Below, piece by piece: positions 12,901 to 26,722 of a stretch of DNA of 56,748 nt (its first letter is position 1; the number at the start of each line of letters is the position of its first letter). The notes below the pieces were generated by a model, which was not told where the DNA came from, searched no databases, and was given only the letters and a program-made list of their open reading frames with translations. The stretch covers positions 404,250 through 460,997 of the forward strand of contig WELB01000012.1 in assembly GCA_009602725.1 (NCBI GenBank), given 5' to 3'. Origin of the DNA: Spirogloea muscicola (lineage: Eukaryota). The translations under genes were made by a program, and so were the position numbers.

Positions 12901-13529
12901 GCTAAGTGGGGCAGCCTTTGTGCTAATAAACGTCAAGGACCAATGATACTGGCATGACTTCTGGATAAACGCCTCAAAGTCTGCATCTTGCAAGCACCCA
13001 TACACAGTCCTGGGTGGCGGCTACCATGTCATATGGCTGCAGTCCATTACCGAGGCACAGGGCCACGCAAGACGAGTTGCGAGACCTCGTCGGGATGGAC
13101 GCCGAGGTGCCGAGGAACACAAGCTCCATGCCCTGGAACTGCCGCGGCGTCGCCAACGGCTGCCTGCTGCGAGGCTGCTGGGCTGCCACACCCCGGCGCC
13201 GCCGCCACAAGCAGGGGCTTGGGAGCTCGGTATCATAGATGACTATGTTCAAGACGAGAACCTCTTAAGCATAGCCAGACCCAAAAGTCTCACAGCCCCA
13301 AAGACCATCTTACTTAGCTGAAAGGGTTTAGGTTGTGGTATCTACAGGTTCCCATGATGCGGTGCTTCAGGTACAGACCATGTCCGTCGGGGTTGGACTT
13401 CCTCGCCAGCAGGGGGCCGGCGAGAGAGCCGAAGGCGCGGGAGAGGCCGAGCGCTTCTCCCCACAGCGGCTGCCGGCTCCGCGACAGCCGCCGCAGCAGC
13501 GCCGCGGCCATGGGGCCGGCCCTCCTCAT
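9999..13529 (-). CDS. TRZ: tRNase Z short form (RNase Z/ELAC1/ZiPD-like, bacterial type) with a probable organellar targeting peptide; multi-exon
   Basis: Motifs in order: MELVFLGTSASIPTRSRN (PxKxRN loop), LFDCGEG (motif I), HTHGDH-LFGLPG (motif II), HSIPCWGF (III), PPGP exosite, ILGDT (IV), HEAT, HST, LTHFSSR (V), AARDY. Stop TGA at 9999-10001. The start ATG (13529 or 13511) is uncertain. Confidence 0.93.
12215..12272 (+). repeat. Degenerate interstitial plant telomere-like (TTTAGGG) tract in a tRNase Z intron
   Basis: tttagggcttaggatttggagtttgggggttcggggttagtgtttagggtttagggtt. Confidence 0.7.
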
Positions 13530-13895
13530 GCCGCTCGCAGACGCCACGACGTTGCCACGACCTCTCCGAGGCCCATGCGGCAGCTCCGAAGCGCTCGCTG
13601 GCGTCCCAAGCAGGACGCCGCTAGCGCAGCCTCGGAGTGGCGATAACAATGCCGAGGCCTGCCCAGGAGCAGCGCGCTACGCTTCGTTTCCAGAGCCGCT
13701 GGTCACGGCGCCTCCGCCGCGCCCGCAGCGCGCGCGCGCATGTCAGCGCTCTGCCGTGCCGGCGAGCATTGGGCGGCCCGCTCGCCGGCGCCGCACCTGG
13801 CGCCTTCAGTCAGGCGTCCACCATGGCGTCCCTGTGTGAGCATAGTGGTTAGTGCTTCGATTCATGAAGCCCCAGATTTTGCATTAGCTTTTGCC

Positions 13896-15203
13896 TGGAC
13901 AGTGTACTGGCTAAAATCGGACACCCTTTCATTTCATGCGCACCACGGCAGCCTTCTCTCTCTTTACCCTCGCTCGGATTTGCTGGTGAAGCCTTGGGCG
14001 TGGAGTGCCTCTTATCAGTGGCAAGCAACGTCAGGCCAGCACGTCATCAATACCACCATATTCATATTTTGCATCGTGGGGAAGTTGCGGCTGCTGATAT
14101 TAAACGAGCGGCTGTGAAAGCCAGCCAGTGGAGAAGCAGGGAAATGTTGATATTAGACTCAGGCGGCGGCAATGAGGCGGCCCTCATGCAGCAGCCCTCC
14201 AGCTATTTCAGTGAGGAGGTCGGGCTAGATGTCAAGCTGTGAGTGAACTTGTACGTCAGGTTACTGAGCTGTATGTGTGTTGACGAGCTACAGTGTCACA
14301 GGAAGGTAGCCCTCCATCTGCACTAGCACTTTTGCATCTGAAGGAGGGATATAGATGTGTCCTCCTCTGTTAAGTAACAAATGGACGCACCACGTTTCTC
14401 ATGCCTGCAACAGCGTATGCTACTAATAGCACTTGCTACTAGTAGCCACTGCAGAAGCAGAGCCCTCTTGCTGCTTCGTTTCTTTTTTGTGCTTGTTGTT
14501 CTTCGTACTTCCCATGGCCCCTTCTTGTCCTTTGTTCATTCTTTTTTGGGCTGGCTTTTTCAAGCCCCTATCCTCAATGGGCGAGCCCTTTCTCTTGCCC
14601 ACGCTCACAGGAAGCCTTCACATTCTTAGTACAACAGAGTGCTCTCAGCGTGAACAGTGGCTGATAGAGGTCAATCGTCCAATCGAGACCGAGTCATTGC
14701 TTGGCAGCGGCATCAGATGAGCCCGACTGGCAGTCTGCAAAGTGGCTACTTAATGATAACAACATCAACATGCACGAAGATCAGCATTATTGGCATTGCT
14801 GGACTTGCCATAGCTCGTGGGGTCGTTGCACAAAGTTCAACAGTTAGGCAAATTGTTTGCAACCGGAGTCTTATGCACAGCTCTTTTGATGAGCCTGTCC
14901 GATTCAGCATCCAGTTTTTGGACAATTGATCAAACATCCTAGCGCATAATGGATGCTTTAATGTAGAGCCTGCAACTGCGAAAGCTTTAGCATAGCAGGC
15001 CGCGTTTTGGCTGCGGCCTCCGGCTTCCGTCAGGGCGACGTCTATCCGCCTGCTAGCTATTCTGATTTGCATCTACTGACTAGAGGTTACCGAGAGTCCC
15101 CTTGCTGCCGTCTTAGCACTTAGTACCTTGCTTTCTGCTCCATCCGGCTCCTTCAGACATTGTCCAATCCTTTCGGCTGGCCTCTCACAGCCACCAGTCA
15201 ATA
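13896..15203. repeat. Second cluster of the dispersed repeat family, in the tRNase Z-DRP1 intergenic region
   Basis: 13896-13966 resembles 44709-44802 and 45819-45912. Forward core at 14109-14127 (ggctgtgaaagccagcc). Reverse cores at about 14530-14590 and 15157-15203; the latter shares attgactggtggctgtgagaggccagcc exactly with 27101-27128. Confidence 0.75.
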
Positions 15204-16015
15204 TGGCCGCGCTTTCCTCCTTTAACATAAAATGGGCACGCCACACAAGCATGCCGGCAGTAGAGTAGATTAAACATCGATCTTGGGAAATTGCAGCTCC
15301 TTATGTGGAGCTTTGTATGTAGATGACTATGCCTTCCAGCCAGCAGTGTGCCCTTGGGTACACAGTTTGAGATCCTTCTTGTCAAACTATGTCACATAGA
15401 ATTGCAAATTCAACACATGGTTTAGTCTGCAATAGTTTACGCATCAGCGACTGCTCAGCATGGTACACTTGCTGGCATGCATGTGAACTTCGTCTTCTAC
15501 CTAGGGTCAGGTTCTAACGACCCATCAAAGATTTCAAATTGTTAGAGACTTTCAACGGTATTTCATCATGTATAACCACTCTACATCTATTCTAGCTCGT
15601 AACTGTCTTACGACATTGATGCATTGTTGTGGTAATATCGACTGGCAAGGTCACTAGCTTGTGCCTACTACTCAAGAAAGCATCAAATCAGGAACATGAG
15701 GCTTGGTTTGAAGAAATGGTTCCTGCCAACTTTCGCGTCTCAAAGAGAAACATCCACTCCTGACACATTCACGCCTGAACATCTTAAGTCCTACAATACC
15801 GCCCCTAACTTGCCCAATTTGGTAGCAAATTACCTGATGCAACTTGCATCATTCGTGACAATCACTCGGCGAGGGAGTGTGCCCTTCATGCTCATACCAA
15901 CTGCTCTCATTGAGGAGGCACGGTGTGTATGATCTGCTAGGATGCTACTCAACTGCGCAACATCCTTGGGAGAGACAACCGTGGCAAAAGGTCCGACGCT
16001 CTACTGGACACAATC

Positions 16016-19000
16016 TCACTTCGCCCAAGCTACAGAGTCTATCTCATCACGTGCCGTTTTCAACAGATCAAGCCGCTTGAAAGCTGCTTCCCGTCGAGCC
16101 ATCACTGATGGATCCTCATCCAAAAGGGCAGCAAGATCCTTACCCTGCGTCCACGCGACAGCCCAATAATTACCACATCTAAAGCAGAAAGCTAACCTCT
16201 TCCTTGAGCTATTCTCACTGACAAACCGCAGCATATCCCCACTGGCTACTTTCTTATGATCTGCTTGCTTCTGGACCATTCATGCAAGTGACATGTCCTG
16301 GCTCTAAGCTATGCAGGCTATCATAATCAGTCAAGCAAAAGCACTGCCTGTAGTTGTATCTCTAGTGGCAATACAGCCTGATGGGATCAGGTTGCTCGAT
16401 GCATAGCACATAAAGAAGCTCCAAGATTGGGCACAAAACTTCAAGACAAGGGAAAGGCATGACATGCTTTTCTACCTCAGCCCGCCCCACTGTGGCGTAG
16501 AAGTGGTCTAAAAGTGCTCGCTTGGCTTCCCGCACCTGTACATCAGCTTCATATGTTATTGAGGTTGCAAAGAGGAGCATAGACACACGAAGTCAATACT
16601 CTGATGCTCCACTAACTGACACTTGGCAGCAACATCCGGCTAATAGTGTTGTTGCTCTCACCACCCTAAATTAGATCAACAACTTGCTAGAATTGCTGGT
16701 GCCACTCTACTCCACTTCAGTATCCTTGCAAAGGATTGCAAGCCCATCAAGCCAGATCGGATTCCAGCATACCTGACAATGAACTACAGACTTGGGGATG
16801 GAGTTCCTCAGCCCCTCCATAACCATGCCGACATAAGCAGCGACATTGGACCCTGCACAACAAGGCCTCTCGAGCCTTTATTGAGAACCGATTATCTGAC
16901 CTCGAATCTACTTGCACAGTGGCCACTGCCCATGAAATGATGACTTCAAATCCATGTAGCTAGTTGCTTCATGAAAGTAATGAAAACTTCTGCATGAAGA
17001 AGCGGAGGTAGAATAGTCACTAAGGGCCACCAAAGGATGGGACTCTCACCTATCCGCTTCAAATGCATGTCGCTATACCGATCAGCACCCATGAGGTTGC
17101 TCAGGAAATTTCCTTTTGGCTGCTGTTGCTCCTTCTCATCAACCATGGTGGGTAAGCGGCGGAAGAATTCCACAGTCAAATAACTCGTCTCCATCTCCAC
17201 AAGGCGTATAGTAGACTTCCTACTCTCCTCCCGGTATTTCTCAAGTGCCTGAGTTGCAGCTGACAAAAGCTCTGCCTGCAAAGTTGGAAACCTTTGTAGC
17301 TCCTGCAGAGATGCCAGCCAATATCTCGAACGTAAATGATGCCGGTTTAATTACAGACAAAAGCAACAAAGTTGAAGCGCCTTCTTCAATCTACTTTCTG
17401 GGGAAAGATAAGTTCACAAAGTTGGCAGAAATATTCAGAAGCTAACCTAATCAAGCTGCAAGCGTGCACATTATATTAGACAGTCAAAGACCTATCACAC
17501 TGCGCGCTGCATCAGCATCAATGTTCTCTCTTCTATGCTTCTTCTATAAGATATTGCCAGATAAGAAAGTGCGATGAGTAAAGCTGGCAAAGATGTAGCT
17601 AGTCTGTACTAACCTTGGTTTCTACCATGGATTGCCTAATAAGATCTCGAAGGATGACATGGACCTGCAAAAAGACACACACAGCTGGCAATTGGGAAGA
17701 GGTATCTGCATTATGAACACGTACTTAAGCCTGGTCCACGAGGGCAGACCACTATCAAACGACAGTCACAACATGAGCTGCACTTGCTGGCCAAGAGCCA
17801 GCTTCAGGACCAAGTCCAAGGTGGTAGAATTCCAGTACCTCGTCAACAACAGCTTCAGCTGGGCCCTTGAACATGAGCAGGGCCCCCTCAATCAACCGAC
17901 GATATCCACTCTCAGGAGCTATGAGATGGGGTTGATACCCATCAGCTTCGGCTACCACCCTACGCACATCTGTCACCATTCCGATCCTTGTGAGAACCAA
18001 GGCAGTCAAGCAGATACAAGGTGTGAGCCACTCTTCCTCCGTATGAAGCAGTATCTGTACGCGAGGCAGGCCATGCCTGCAATTGGATAAATGATTGGGA
18101 CTACAACAACTATGCAACCTAGTCATAAGCTCAGTAACGCACTCTGCATAGAGAGGTGTTTGTCAAAAGGGAGCTTCTTGAGGGCAGCCGGTAGCTTGTT
18201 GTCAAATACAGAGTAGACTTTCTCACCGCCTGGCCGCCTGCCCGATAGCAGTCCACATGCCATCCAGCCGTGGCCAGATTAGATTGTATTGACAATGACA
18301 AAAGGGCAAGCCCCAATGGGTGCACCCAAATTCAAATTAACAGTTGCGGCACCTAGTGATGTAAAATCTTGCACTGCAGGGACATTGATGGACAGAATGC
18401 TCACCCTCCATCAAGATGATCCTTGAAGATGTAATCAAAAGCCCTGCACATCTCCAAAACAGTATACAATTGCGCCTGCAGACAACATAGCCCTGACTGT
18501 TAGCCAAAGATGAAGAGCAACTATTGCCATATTTCAACTACAGGTACATGGTAGAAGCCACCTAGCAAGTAGGGCAGTACGTGCTTCTCACAGCATGCAG
18601 AATCTCAGCAGGCTAGCTAGTGGAGTCAATGCTGCTATATGAACTTACCCCTGCATCTACACCGATTGGCCTTCCCAACTGATTCATTTCAGCCTCAAGT
18701 TCCTCAATGTTGTTATTAATTAGGGCTTGTATACTGGGAATGCGAGCCTTGATGACAGCTTCCAAGTGCTGCCACATAATTTGCATTGTCCAAGTCAATA
18801 GCACCTCAGAGCCGAGCAGGTCAAGAAAGGAATAATCAGTTTTAGCTGACCGTTGTGATAGATTTGTCAACTCTCAAGCTCGCTTGATATGGGACCTGTG
18901 CTTACCTTGCTCAGCATCTTTGCCAGGTACTCAGTACCCATTCGTGAAGCAAGATGGGAATAGTCTGGGCTTGTTGCAAAGTACTCCCGCTCGCGACGGC

Positions 19001-21471
19001 GAGCAGCCATCATGTCCACATTGCGATTGATGTCAGCTTGAGACCTATTAACGACTCCAATCCATTCATGCTGCAGCTTGTAGGAACGCCCTTCCAGGAC
19101 CTGCAGATACCAATCTGAAATATAATTTGCTACAAAATCCTTACTCAATTGTTCTCAGCCGCTGTTCTTGCCAGTATGTGAGCATCTATACCGATGCGCA
19201 GCGGCTAGTGGCGTGTTCTAGGGTGTAGGGGTGAACCTACATCCAGAGCATTGGTGCCTTTGTCCATCAAATCCAACTTTGTGAGAACTCCCCATGTCCG
19301 CTCTCCTGCACGTGTTGAACCGGGACAATGTCATGTCTGCAGACTCTACAGAAAAGAACTCGTGGCATCAATCACATTTATTTCAAAGTCCAGTGCCAAT
19401 GTTGTCGGATTGCATCCCACAGTCCTCCACTCTTCAAGTGTCAAGAATACAACTATCACTTTCAATACCACTAACATTGGTCACCTGTTGGATCCACCTC
19501 CCGTGATAGCCTCATGGCGTCTGATGTTGCAATGTCCTGATTAGCTGGTGATATGCCAAGAATGATTGTATTGGGCTGGCACAAAGCACAAGATTTGAGC
19601 ATGAAACTTCAGTACCACCTATTATGCCCAGCCTGCCTGTTCCTGCAGGTTGCTGTCAGCTGCCCTCATACATAAGCAATGCACTTCATGCTGTAGATTC
19701 CTGAAGTAGACTAGCTCCTGACCTAACATCAGTATCCCTGAAGCAACTCTAGTCATTTGCTGCCAGCTGCCCCTTGCTGTCCAAGTTCCATATCGAAAAA
19801 GAGCAACTATACACCCTAATATGCCTCAATGAGTAGCTACTTTTCCTTCTCTTCCAGTTGTGCAAATGTCCTCCACCAGTTGTATACAGGACCCCTCAGC
19901 TTCGACAGATAGGACTCACTCACGTAGGACCCGCAATAGACTCCTGCTTTCTTTCAGGTTGTGATTTTGATGGGCTGTCTTACCTTCTGAACATAGCTGT
20001 GCACCATAGTCTCAATGTCCCTCACAATACTGTCTGGCTGTCCATCTGCCAATTGAGCAAGCTGATTTAAAGAATTACCCTCCATCCCACTATGACTGTC
20101 AGTTGTTGGTGAGATTGATACTTTTGTCAGCCGCCAGCATAAGCAAAGTGCAATGCATGCTAAGGAAGTGGACCGCACTAACTTTTACACCCACGAAATC
20201 AGTCACTCGAACCCTAATGTCAATGCAGTACAAGAGGAGGTCAAGAAATAGTCGCTTGGCAGCCATCACATTACCTACGGCAATCTTGGTCAAGCCAGGA
20301 AGGTCGACCAATGTGAGATTTACCACTGCACATGCATGAAAACTTAAATCGTCAATTCTTCATACAAAAATAGGTCAAGTTCCCCTGGCTATGTTCCAGT
20401 ATCACCCACTTCCACATTCACTGCCATATTTGCCAGGAGTTGAGGCCATACACATCTTACACCTGGTGTGAGACTTCAGAAATGTGGGGATTGCCCCAGA
20501 AAAAGGTTGGGTAAACAGAGACACATAAACAGACAGGTAGGAGTGCGGCACAATCACCATTTGGGGAGTGGATGCTGAGGTGTATAGGAATGGGCGAAAT
20601 CTGCTTGCTTTTCCCAGTTACTCTGTCAGTCTCATCCGCTATTTCCTTTCGAACAGCATCTGCAGCAAGCATGCAGGAAGGCATGAGACTCTTACTTTCA
20701 GGACAGCCTCCACAAATGTGCATCAGCCCCCGTCATTCTGCAGTGATTGTGGCACTGATTCCAAACTGGATTCAACTTGGAGCCAGGTCAACTATAAGTA
20801 AGGCTTGTGCAGATAGGGCTTACTGAAATCGGTGTAATTCCTGCCAGGCTGATGTAGGAACTCTGCGTATTCCTGGGTGTTGCCTGAGGTTTTGTGCAAC
20901 TGAAGGACTAGAGGCCTCCGCGTCACGATCCCTGAAGCAGACCACACAAGCGAGCTGGACAAAGTGAGGTACATGTGATGCCGTAGTGCTGCGTGTTGCT
21001 AGCTTAAATTTGAGAGGCAGGCACTGATAGCATGTGTCAGCTGCTAAATCTCCTTCTCCATGGCCTGTGTCCACCCAGAAGGCTTCAAGTACCTGATCCT
21101 CTTGGCAGGAAATCCTTTCCAACTATGCTCTCAAGCACAGATGACTTGCCAGAGCTCTGTCATCGTGGAGCAACAGCGCGCAAGGGCATCAGTCGCAGTG
21201 CACGAGCCCGGCTGCTAGGCACAGCACCAGTGCAGATCTGCGGTCTAGGTCCGAGCCTTGCTTTGGAGGCGTAAACGACATGGCCGGAAATCTGATGGCG
21301 GGAGCGAGCGAGGCTGCGTCGCCGCAGCCACATCACCTGGCCTCCCACGACGGCCACAGATGGGAGCTGCTCCCACAGCGTGGGGAGGGCGCCATTCTGG
21401 TCCCCGCCGTAGTCGCCCAGGACCGTGCAGGCCCGCTGAAGCCGATTCACCAGTTGAATGAGGTTGTCCAT
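16016..21471 (-). CDS. DRP1: Dynamin-related protein 1 (phragmoplastin, DRP1 family); multi-exon
   Basis: [23 protein letters not shown]...[10 protein letters not shown] / [72 protein letters not shown], and C-terminal [12 protein letters not shown]...[12 protein letters not shown]. Confidence 0.97.
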
Positions 21472-22962
21472 GGCGGTGGGCCGCGCGGATCCGCGGCGCC
21501 GGCGGCCCCGGCCAGCGACGGGCGAGTGCCAGCAACAGGTCGATCACGCGGAGCCGCCGCCGCCGCCGCCGTCGCGCGCGGCGTACAATGCGGGGTCCAC
21601 CTCCACCGTCGTCCTGACGTTCTGGAAGGGTAAGCCCCTGATGCCTGTGAACTTGGGGCCCGTTTGCAAGCTGGCCCGCATCTGGAAGGAGCTCGCCGTT
21701 GCGGCCAGAAGGCGCCTCTGCATAAGCCAGCTCTCGCTCGTCGCATTGCACAGATTTTGACCTGGAGGATGCCAGGCAGAAGCTGGATGGGCAGGGCCTT
21801 AAGATATCTGAGCATCAAGAGAGCAGCCTCNTGAGCCCCCTTTCCACCAACAATAGCTTGGACTGGCTCATATCTTGGACTTATTGACTAGATGAATATC
21901 ACTAAACGTCAATCTGTGTTGATCCCCGTGCTGCCAATTCCGCACACATGTTCGATAGACTCCATATACCTGTAACTAGAAGCAACTGCTACACGATCAA
22001 GAGATCTTGGGTCACGACCGAGCTGATAGATATATACCTCACATACACATCAAGGCTTTCCAGTTCCAGAATGAGGATCGAAAGAGTCCCCAGTTGACAG
22101 TATTGACCTCGAAGATTGGCAGCATCAGCGTGAGCACGATTGTCGGCCGTGCCAGCAGTTGGAAGGCTCTTCTAGTTGGCAGCGGCGCCACTGCCGACTA
22201 CGCCCCGTCCAGGCTGGCCTGTGGCTGCGGCCACGCTGGCCAGGTAGAGGCTACTCCTGTCCAGTGGCACTTAAGACCCACCGCGAAATGCAGTAGTGGC
22301 GACGGCCTTCCCAAGCCTCAAAGCCAGCTGGCCATGAATGGGGGCCAGCGTGCCAAACTGCAATTGGCCTGGAAGCACCTTGGACAACAATGCCGTCGCC
22401 GCACCCAGCATGCCTCAGTTAGCTCGCCGCCTGCGCAAAGCTGACCGACTAACTTCAACCCTGCTTGATCAAGGGGCCCTGCCAAGGCCAAGGGTGCACC
22501 GAGCAGCGGCGAAGCAGCGGCGCAGCAGCGCCAGCAGCGGCAGAGATGACCAGCTGCACTTCCCATTGCTAAATCCCGTCAGGGCATTAGGCGCGAGCAT
22601 CAGCATGTGCAAGCGGCAATGAGCGTTTCAACCCCTACCACACACAAAGCCAATCTGAGCCTCGCCTGTACATCTGTTGGGACTGGCCCGCCGGCTCTCG
22701 GTGCTGGCTGCGATGGCTGGGCGTCGCCGAAAGCCCCGCTGGGCAACCTGGTGCTTGTAGTGGTTCAAGGCGTGGAAGGACGATGGCAGCATGCGTGCTG
22801 GGCAGTGGTGGCAGCCCCGGCTAAGCAAAGAGCTCGAGTACCATGCCGTCGAGGGCCAGGGAGAAGCCCTCGCCAGGCAGTGGCACGGAGGACTGCGAGA
22901 CCACGGTCGTCCTCGCTGCCAAGTGGGCGTGCCAGCTACTTAACGACGACGGGATCGACGTC

Positions 22963-23034
22963 CGCCGTCGCCGCCGCCGCCGCCGCCGCAGCCACCGCCG
23001 TCGCCGCCGCCGCCGCGCAGCAGCAGCGCCGCAG
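22963..23034. repeat. (GCC)n/(GCA)n low-complexity tract in the GC-rich region between the divergent DRP1 and IMP3 genes
   Basis: cgccgtcgccgccgccgccgccgccgcagccaccgccgtcgccgccgccgccgcgcagcagcagc. Confidence 0.8.
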
Positions 23035-23275
23035 CAGGACGCCTACGCTCCTGAGAGTCCTCTCTTTCTCAGAGCGCCTGCTGCGGCCCCTGCGACAACT
23101 GCGCCGAGCGGCGTCGTAGCCCGGTGCAAGGCCCGGCGGGCTGGTCGCCAACCGTGAGGGCCTCCGCCAGCATCCGCAGCGGCGCCGTTAGGACAGGACT
23201 TCGACGCGCGCAGTGTCCAGTGCGCCGCTTCCGGCGCCGCCGCTGCTGGCCGGCGCTGCCGTCGCTACCGACGCC

Positions 23276-24969
23276 ATGCGGAAGCTGAAGTTCCACGAGC
23301 AGAAGCTGCTGAAGAAGGTCAACTTCCTGCAGTGGAAGAACGAGCACAACCTGCGGGAGGTACAGGCCCTGCGGCGCTACCACATAACGGACCGCGACGA
23401 CTACAAGAAGTGAGTCTGCTCGGTCTTAGCTTAGCCCCACCTTCCCTTCCAAGGCCAGCGCCATGGACATAGAGCGGCTGGCTGCTCTCTGCAGCCTCAG
23501 TTGTTGATGGTGGTGCCACCCCGATTCGACGCTTCCAAAGCCAACTCGACCCCAGTCAGACTGAGCTTTCAGGGCCTAAGTTGGGGTTCAGACGGAGTGA
23601 GGAGGTGATACCTTCAGGCTTACTGGAGCTTCATCAGGACTGATGGAGCTTTGGGTGGATTGCCGTGCATCGAGGCATGATAGGCTTTACTGCTGGTTCA
23701 GCAGCGGTCATGCACGACCCATTGCGGGGGGAGTTTGTGCAGCCTGTGAAAGGACCTTCAGTTGCCGGCTTCCAGGTACAATAAGCTCTGCGGCATGGTG
23801 ACCAAGCTTGTGAGCATGGTGAAGAAGCTGGACCCTAAGGACCCCTTCCGCATCGAGATGACGGACCAGCTGCTAGAGAAGCTGTACGTTCTTATTTTAG
23901 TCGCAGAGAATCTCACTAGATTGCTTCAGGCTTTTGCTCTGTGTTTGACAACTTTCGTAAGTAGGAAGAGGTGTTAATATTGTTTTGCAGAGGAGAAGCA
24001 GCATAAGCATAGGTCCATGGAGCCTTGCCTGGATCCAGATATTATGTCATTGCTGTCAGGTCCTGGTTGTTAGAGTGTAGAAGAAGGACATATAGCCCTT
24101 CTCTTATCCTCTTGGAGGATCTCTTGTGCAGTCAATGCCTCGTCTCCTCTCATTTCCTCGAATTTATCATAAGCTCCATGTTTTCGCTGCAGGTACAACA
24201 TGGGAATTATTCCTGCGAAGAAAAGCTTGGTGCTTTGTGACAAGCTTTCAACCTCGTCCTTCTGCAGGTAGGAACAATACAGCTTAGTTGGTTACTTAGT
24301 GGAGTGGTCATGCCAAGGAATTGTGTCCGGTTGTGGTAGCGTACGTCTGAAAGGCCATACGGAAGGTAGCGCTTGTGCAGGAGGAGTGCTGATATTCAAA
24401 ACAAGATTAGACTGCTGCTGCTATGCCGCCAGCCAGTGTGGTGTTCACATCCATTATATTCTTAAGCAGGTGAGGTCTCCACTTTCATGTTTGCTTTGGC
24501 AGGAGGAGACTGGCGGTTGTGATGGTTCGATTGAAATTTGCGGAGACCATGCGAGAAGCAGTCACATTCGTTGAGCAAGGGCGTATCCCACCTCCACATT
24601 CTGAGTACTTGACCTGGGTCATTTGAAATTAACAACGGTCTTCGTCTTGAAAGAGCTGAGCTGCTTAATCTGCATCATCTTGGAATTAAATCTTGTACAC
24701 CTTTGATGTTGAGTGTCGAGGTGCGTAGGTACCTGACCAAGCAGGTTCCTCTACCCTTATCCTGGCCAGCTTCGAGCATTTCCAATCTGCTCGCTCTTAT
24801 CCTTGACTCAACATCAGACATTCGTGTTGGGCCAGAGACTGTCACAGACCCAGCTTTCCTGGTCACTCGCAACATGGAAGATTTTGTCACCTGGGTTGAC
24901 ACATCCAAGATCAAGCGCAAGGTGCTGAAGTACAATGAATGGTTGGACGATTTCGACCTTCTTGAGTAG
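23276..24969 (+). CDS. IMP3: U3 snoRNP protein IMP3 (S4 domain); 5 exons
   Basis: [21 protein letters not shown]..., [12 protein letters not shown]...[83 protein letters not shown]...DDFDLLE*. Confidence 0.97.
24583..24817 (+). other. U12-type (minor spliceosome) GT-AG intron in IMP3
   Basis: 5' splice site GTATCCCA (consensus RTATCCTT). Branch point TCCTTGAC at 24800-24807, 10 nt before the end of the intron, with no polypyrimidine tract. Splicing restores EQG-H-IRVGP in frame. Confidence 0.8.
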
Positions 24970-25904
24970 GACAGGCTGCTGGCAAAGCACCACAGTATGT
25001 CGGCTGCTCTCGTCATCCCACAATCAGCCCGGCAGTTTGAGCAACAACGGCTCCCTCATCCAATCAACCTGCTTGCTGGCAAGTTCTGCCCCTGCAAACC
25101 CCTGTGACTTTCATAGAGCCTTGTATGCGGTTGCACGGCGCTAGTTCAGCTGTTGACCAGATATATCAATTTCATGCAAGTATTGGTGCTGCTTGAATAC
25201 GATGATGGCGGTGTTGAGGCAAGACAATCAGATCCTTCCAGCACATTACGTACTTGGTTGTGCACTACATAACTATATGCAATGCAGTCATAGAGCTATC
25301 ATTAACAAAGTGCTGGTTGGGAGATTCAGGCGGCGAGCACATGGTGATGGACCTCCATATATCCACATGTAGTCCATGACGCGGCTGAAAGGGAACAGCT
25401 TGCTATCCTGAGGAAGCTCCCCCCACACCCCCCCCCCGACTTCCAATCCCCTTCTTATGTGGCTGTGCGTCAGTACTAGATCAAATACCTGCAAAAGCTG
25501 CACCCCAGATCCAAAGGGCAGTATCTCTGCTTCATGTAACACACTGACGGGTCACCCGTCTAGCTAAGCACTTTCGATGTTGACCATGTTGACTCCTTGC
25601 TTTGCTACTGGAGGTATTATGGCACGATATGTGCAACGATCTTCCTGAAATCCTGGACATAAAGTGGAGGTCACATACTCATTGCGGCCTAGTATCTGCC
25701 ATTGCTAATATATTTGCCGATGCTTGAGGTTCCACAAGCGCCTTGTGCTCTTGCCCTGGCTCGGTGGCAGCCACGGCACAAGGGCCTAATGGTTGTTCGA
25801 GCGCGGCGCCCTCTTGCAGCTGCAGATTGTGGCACTGAGAGCTGTGGCACACTCACTTTTGCGGTTGAAGAGGGAGAACTACAACCTCTACTAAAAGCAG
25901 GCAC

Positions 25905-26160
25905 TCCCTTGGAAAGGCCAGCCCAAAGAGAGTGGATAAGATTCAAAGAGATTGCCAAAAGAAATCGCAGAATACTGGGGCAAAAGCGAAGGGAAAGACC
26001 ACAACAAGTGCTTTATGCGGGTTTCACTCGGCGACCCATGGTCAACAAGTCACGAATGCACCAGCGGGAGGACAATTGAGGCGCTTTCAAAGATGAGAAA
26101 GTGGCTGTGAGAGGCCGGCTCATAGAGAGAGATAGACTCTTTCAGTGAGGGCTCATGAAG
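25905..26160 (+). repeat. Two forward copies of the dispersed repeat core
   Basis: ggaaaggccagcccaaagagagtgga (25911) and gtggctgtgagaggccggctca (26101). Confidence 0.6.
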
Positions 26161-26722
26161 GGATGGAAGGGGTGCTCTCCCCCACTGTGTCCATTGGGCC
26201 GGCCTCTGCCCTTACTTAGCCCACTGTACCCCGAGGGCTTCCCTTCGTATACTTACGTTGTTCCACGAGCCCTCCGTTTCTGAAAGACTCCCTTGGCCCG
26301 CTCCTCCCCCTTAATGCTGATAGGACACAGAAAGTCGCATGCGAAACGCTTGGGTAAGCGACACACTGGCACATCGAGGGGCAGGCGCGGCCCACCGCTC
26401 CGGTGGGTGGCGACCAAAATCATAGGCCGCATGTAAGGCTTGCTGCGTTTCTTGGTTGCCCCTCGGTTGCTGGCCGATACCCAGCCTCGCACACAACGCC
26501 AAAGATAGCTTCTCATAGTAGGTTGGAGGAGGCAACGCACTCACCACTTTCGACACGTCTAAGAATGTGAGCAGCATGTGAGCAGCCAAAGAGATCACAT
26601 CGTCAGCTTTCTCCTCCATCTTCATTGCATCTGCACTGCGCGCGCCTTCTCTGAGCTGACCTCCTTCGCAATATGATGACAGGAAACCACAATTATATTT
26701 TTTGGCAAGATCGATCGTCCCC

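Noticed and set aside
22000..23200. Possible extra gene between DRP1 and IMP3
   Set aside because: All frames are interrupted or low-complexity; I found no consistent exon chain or recognisable motif.
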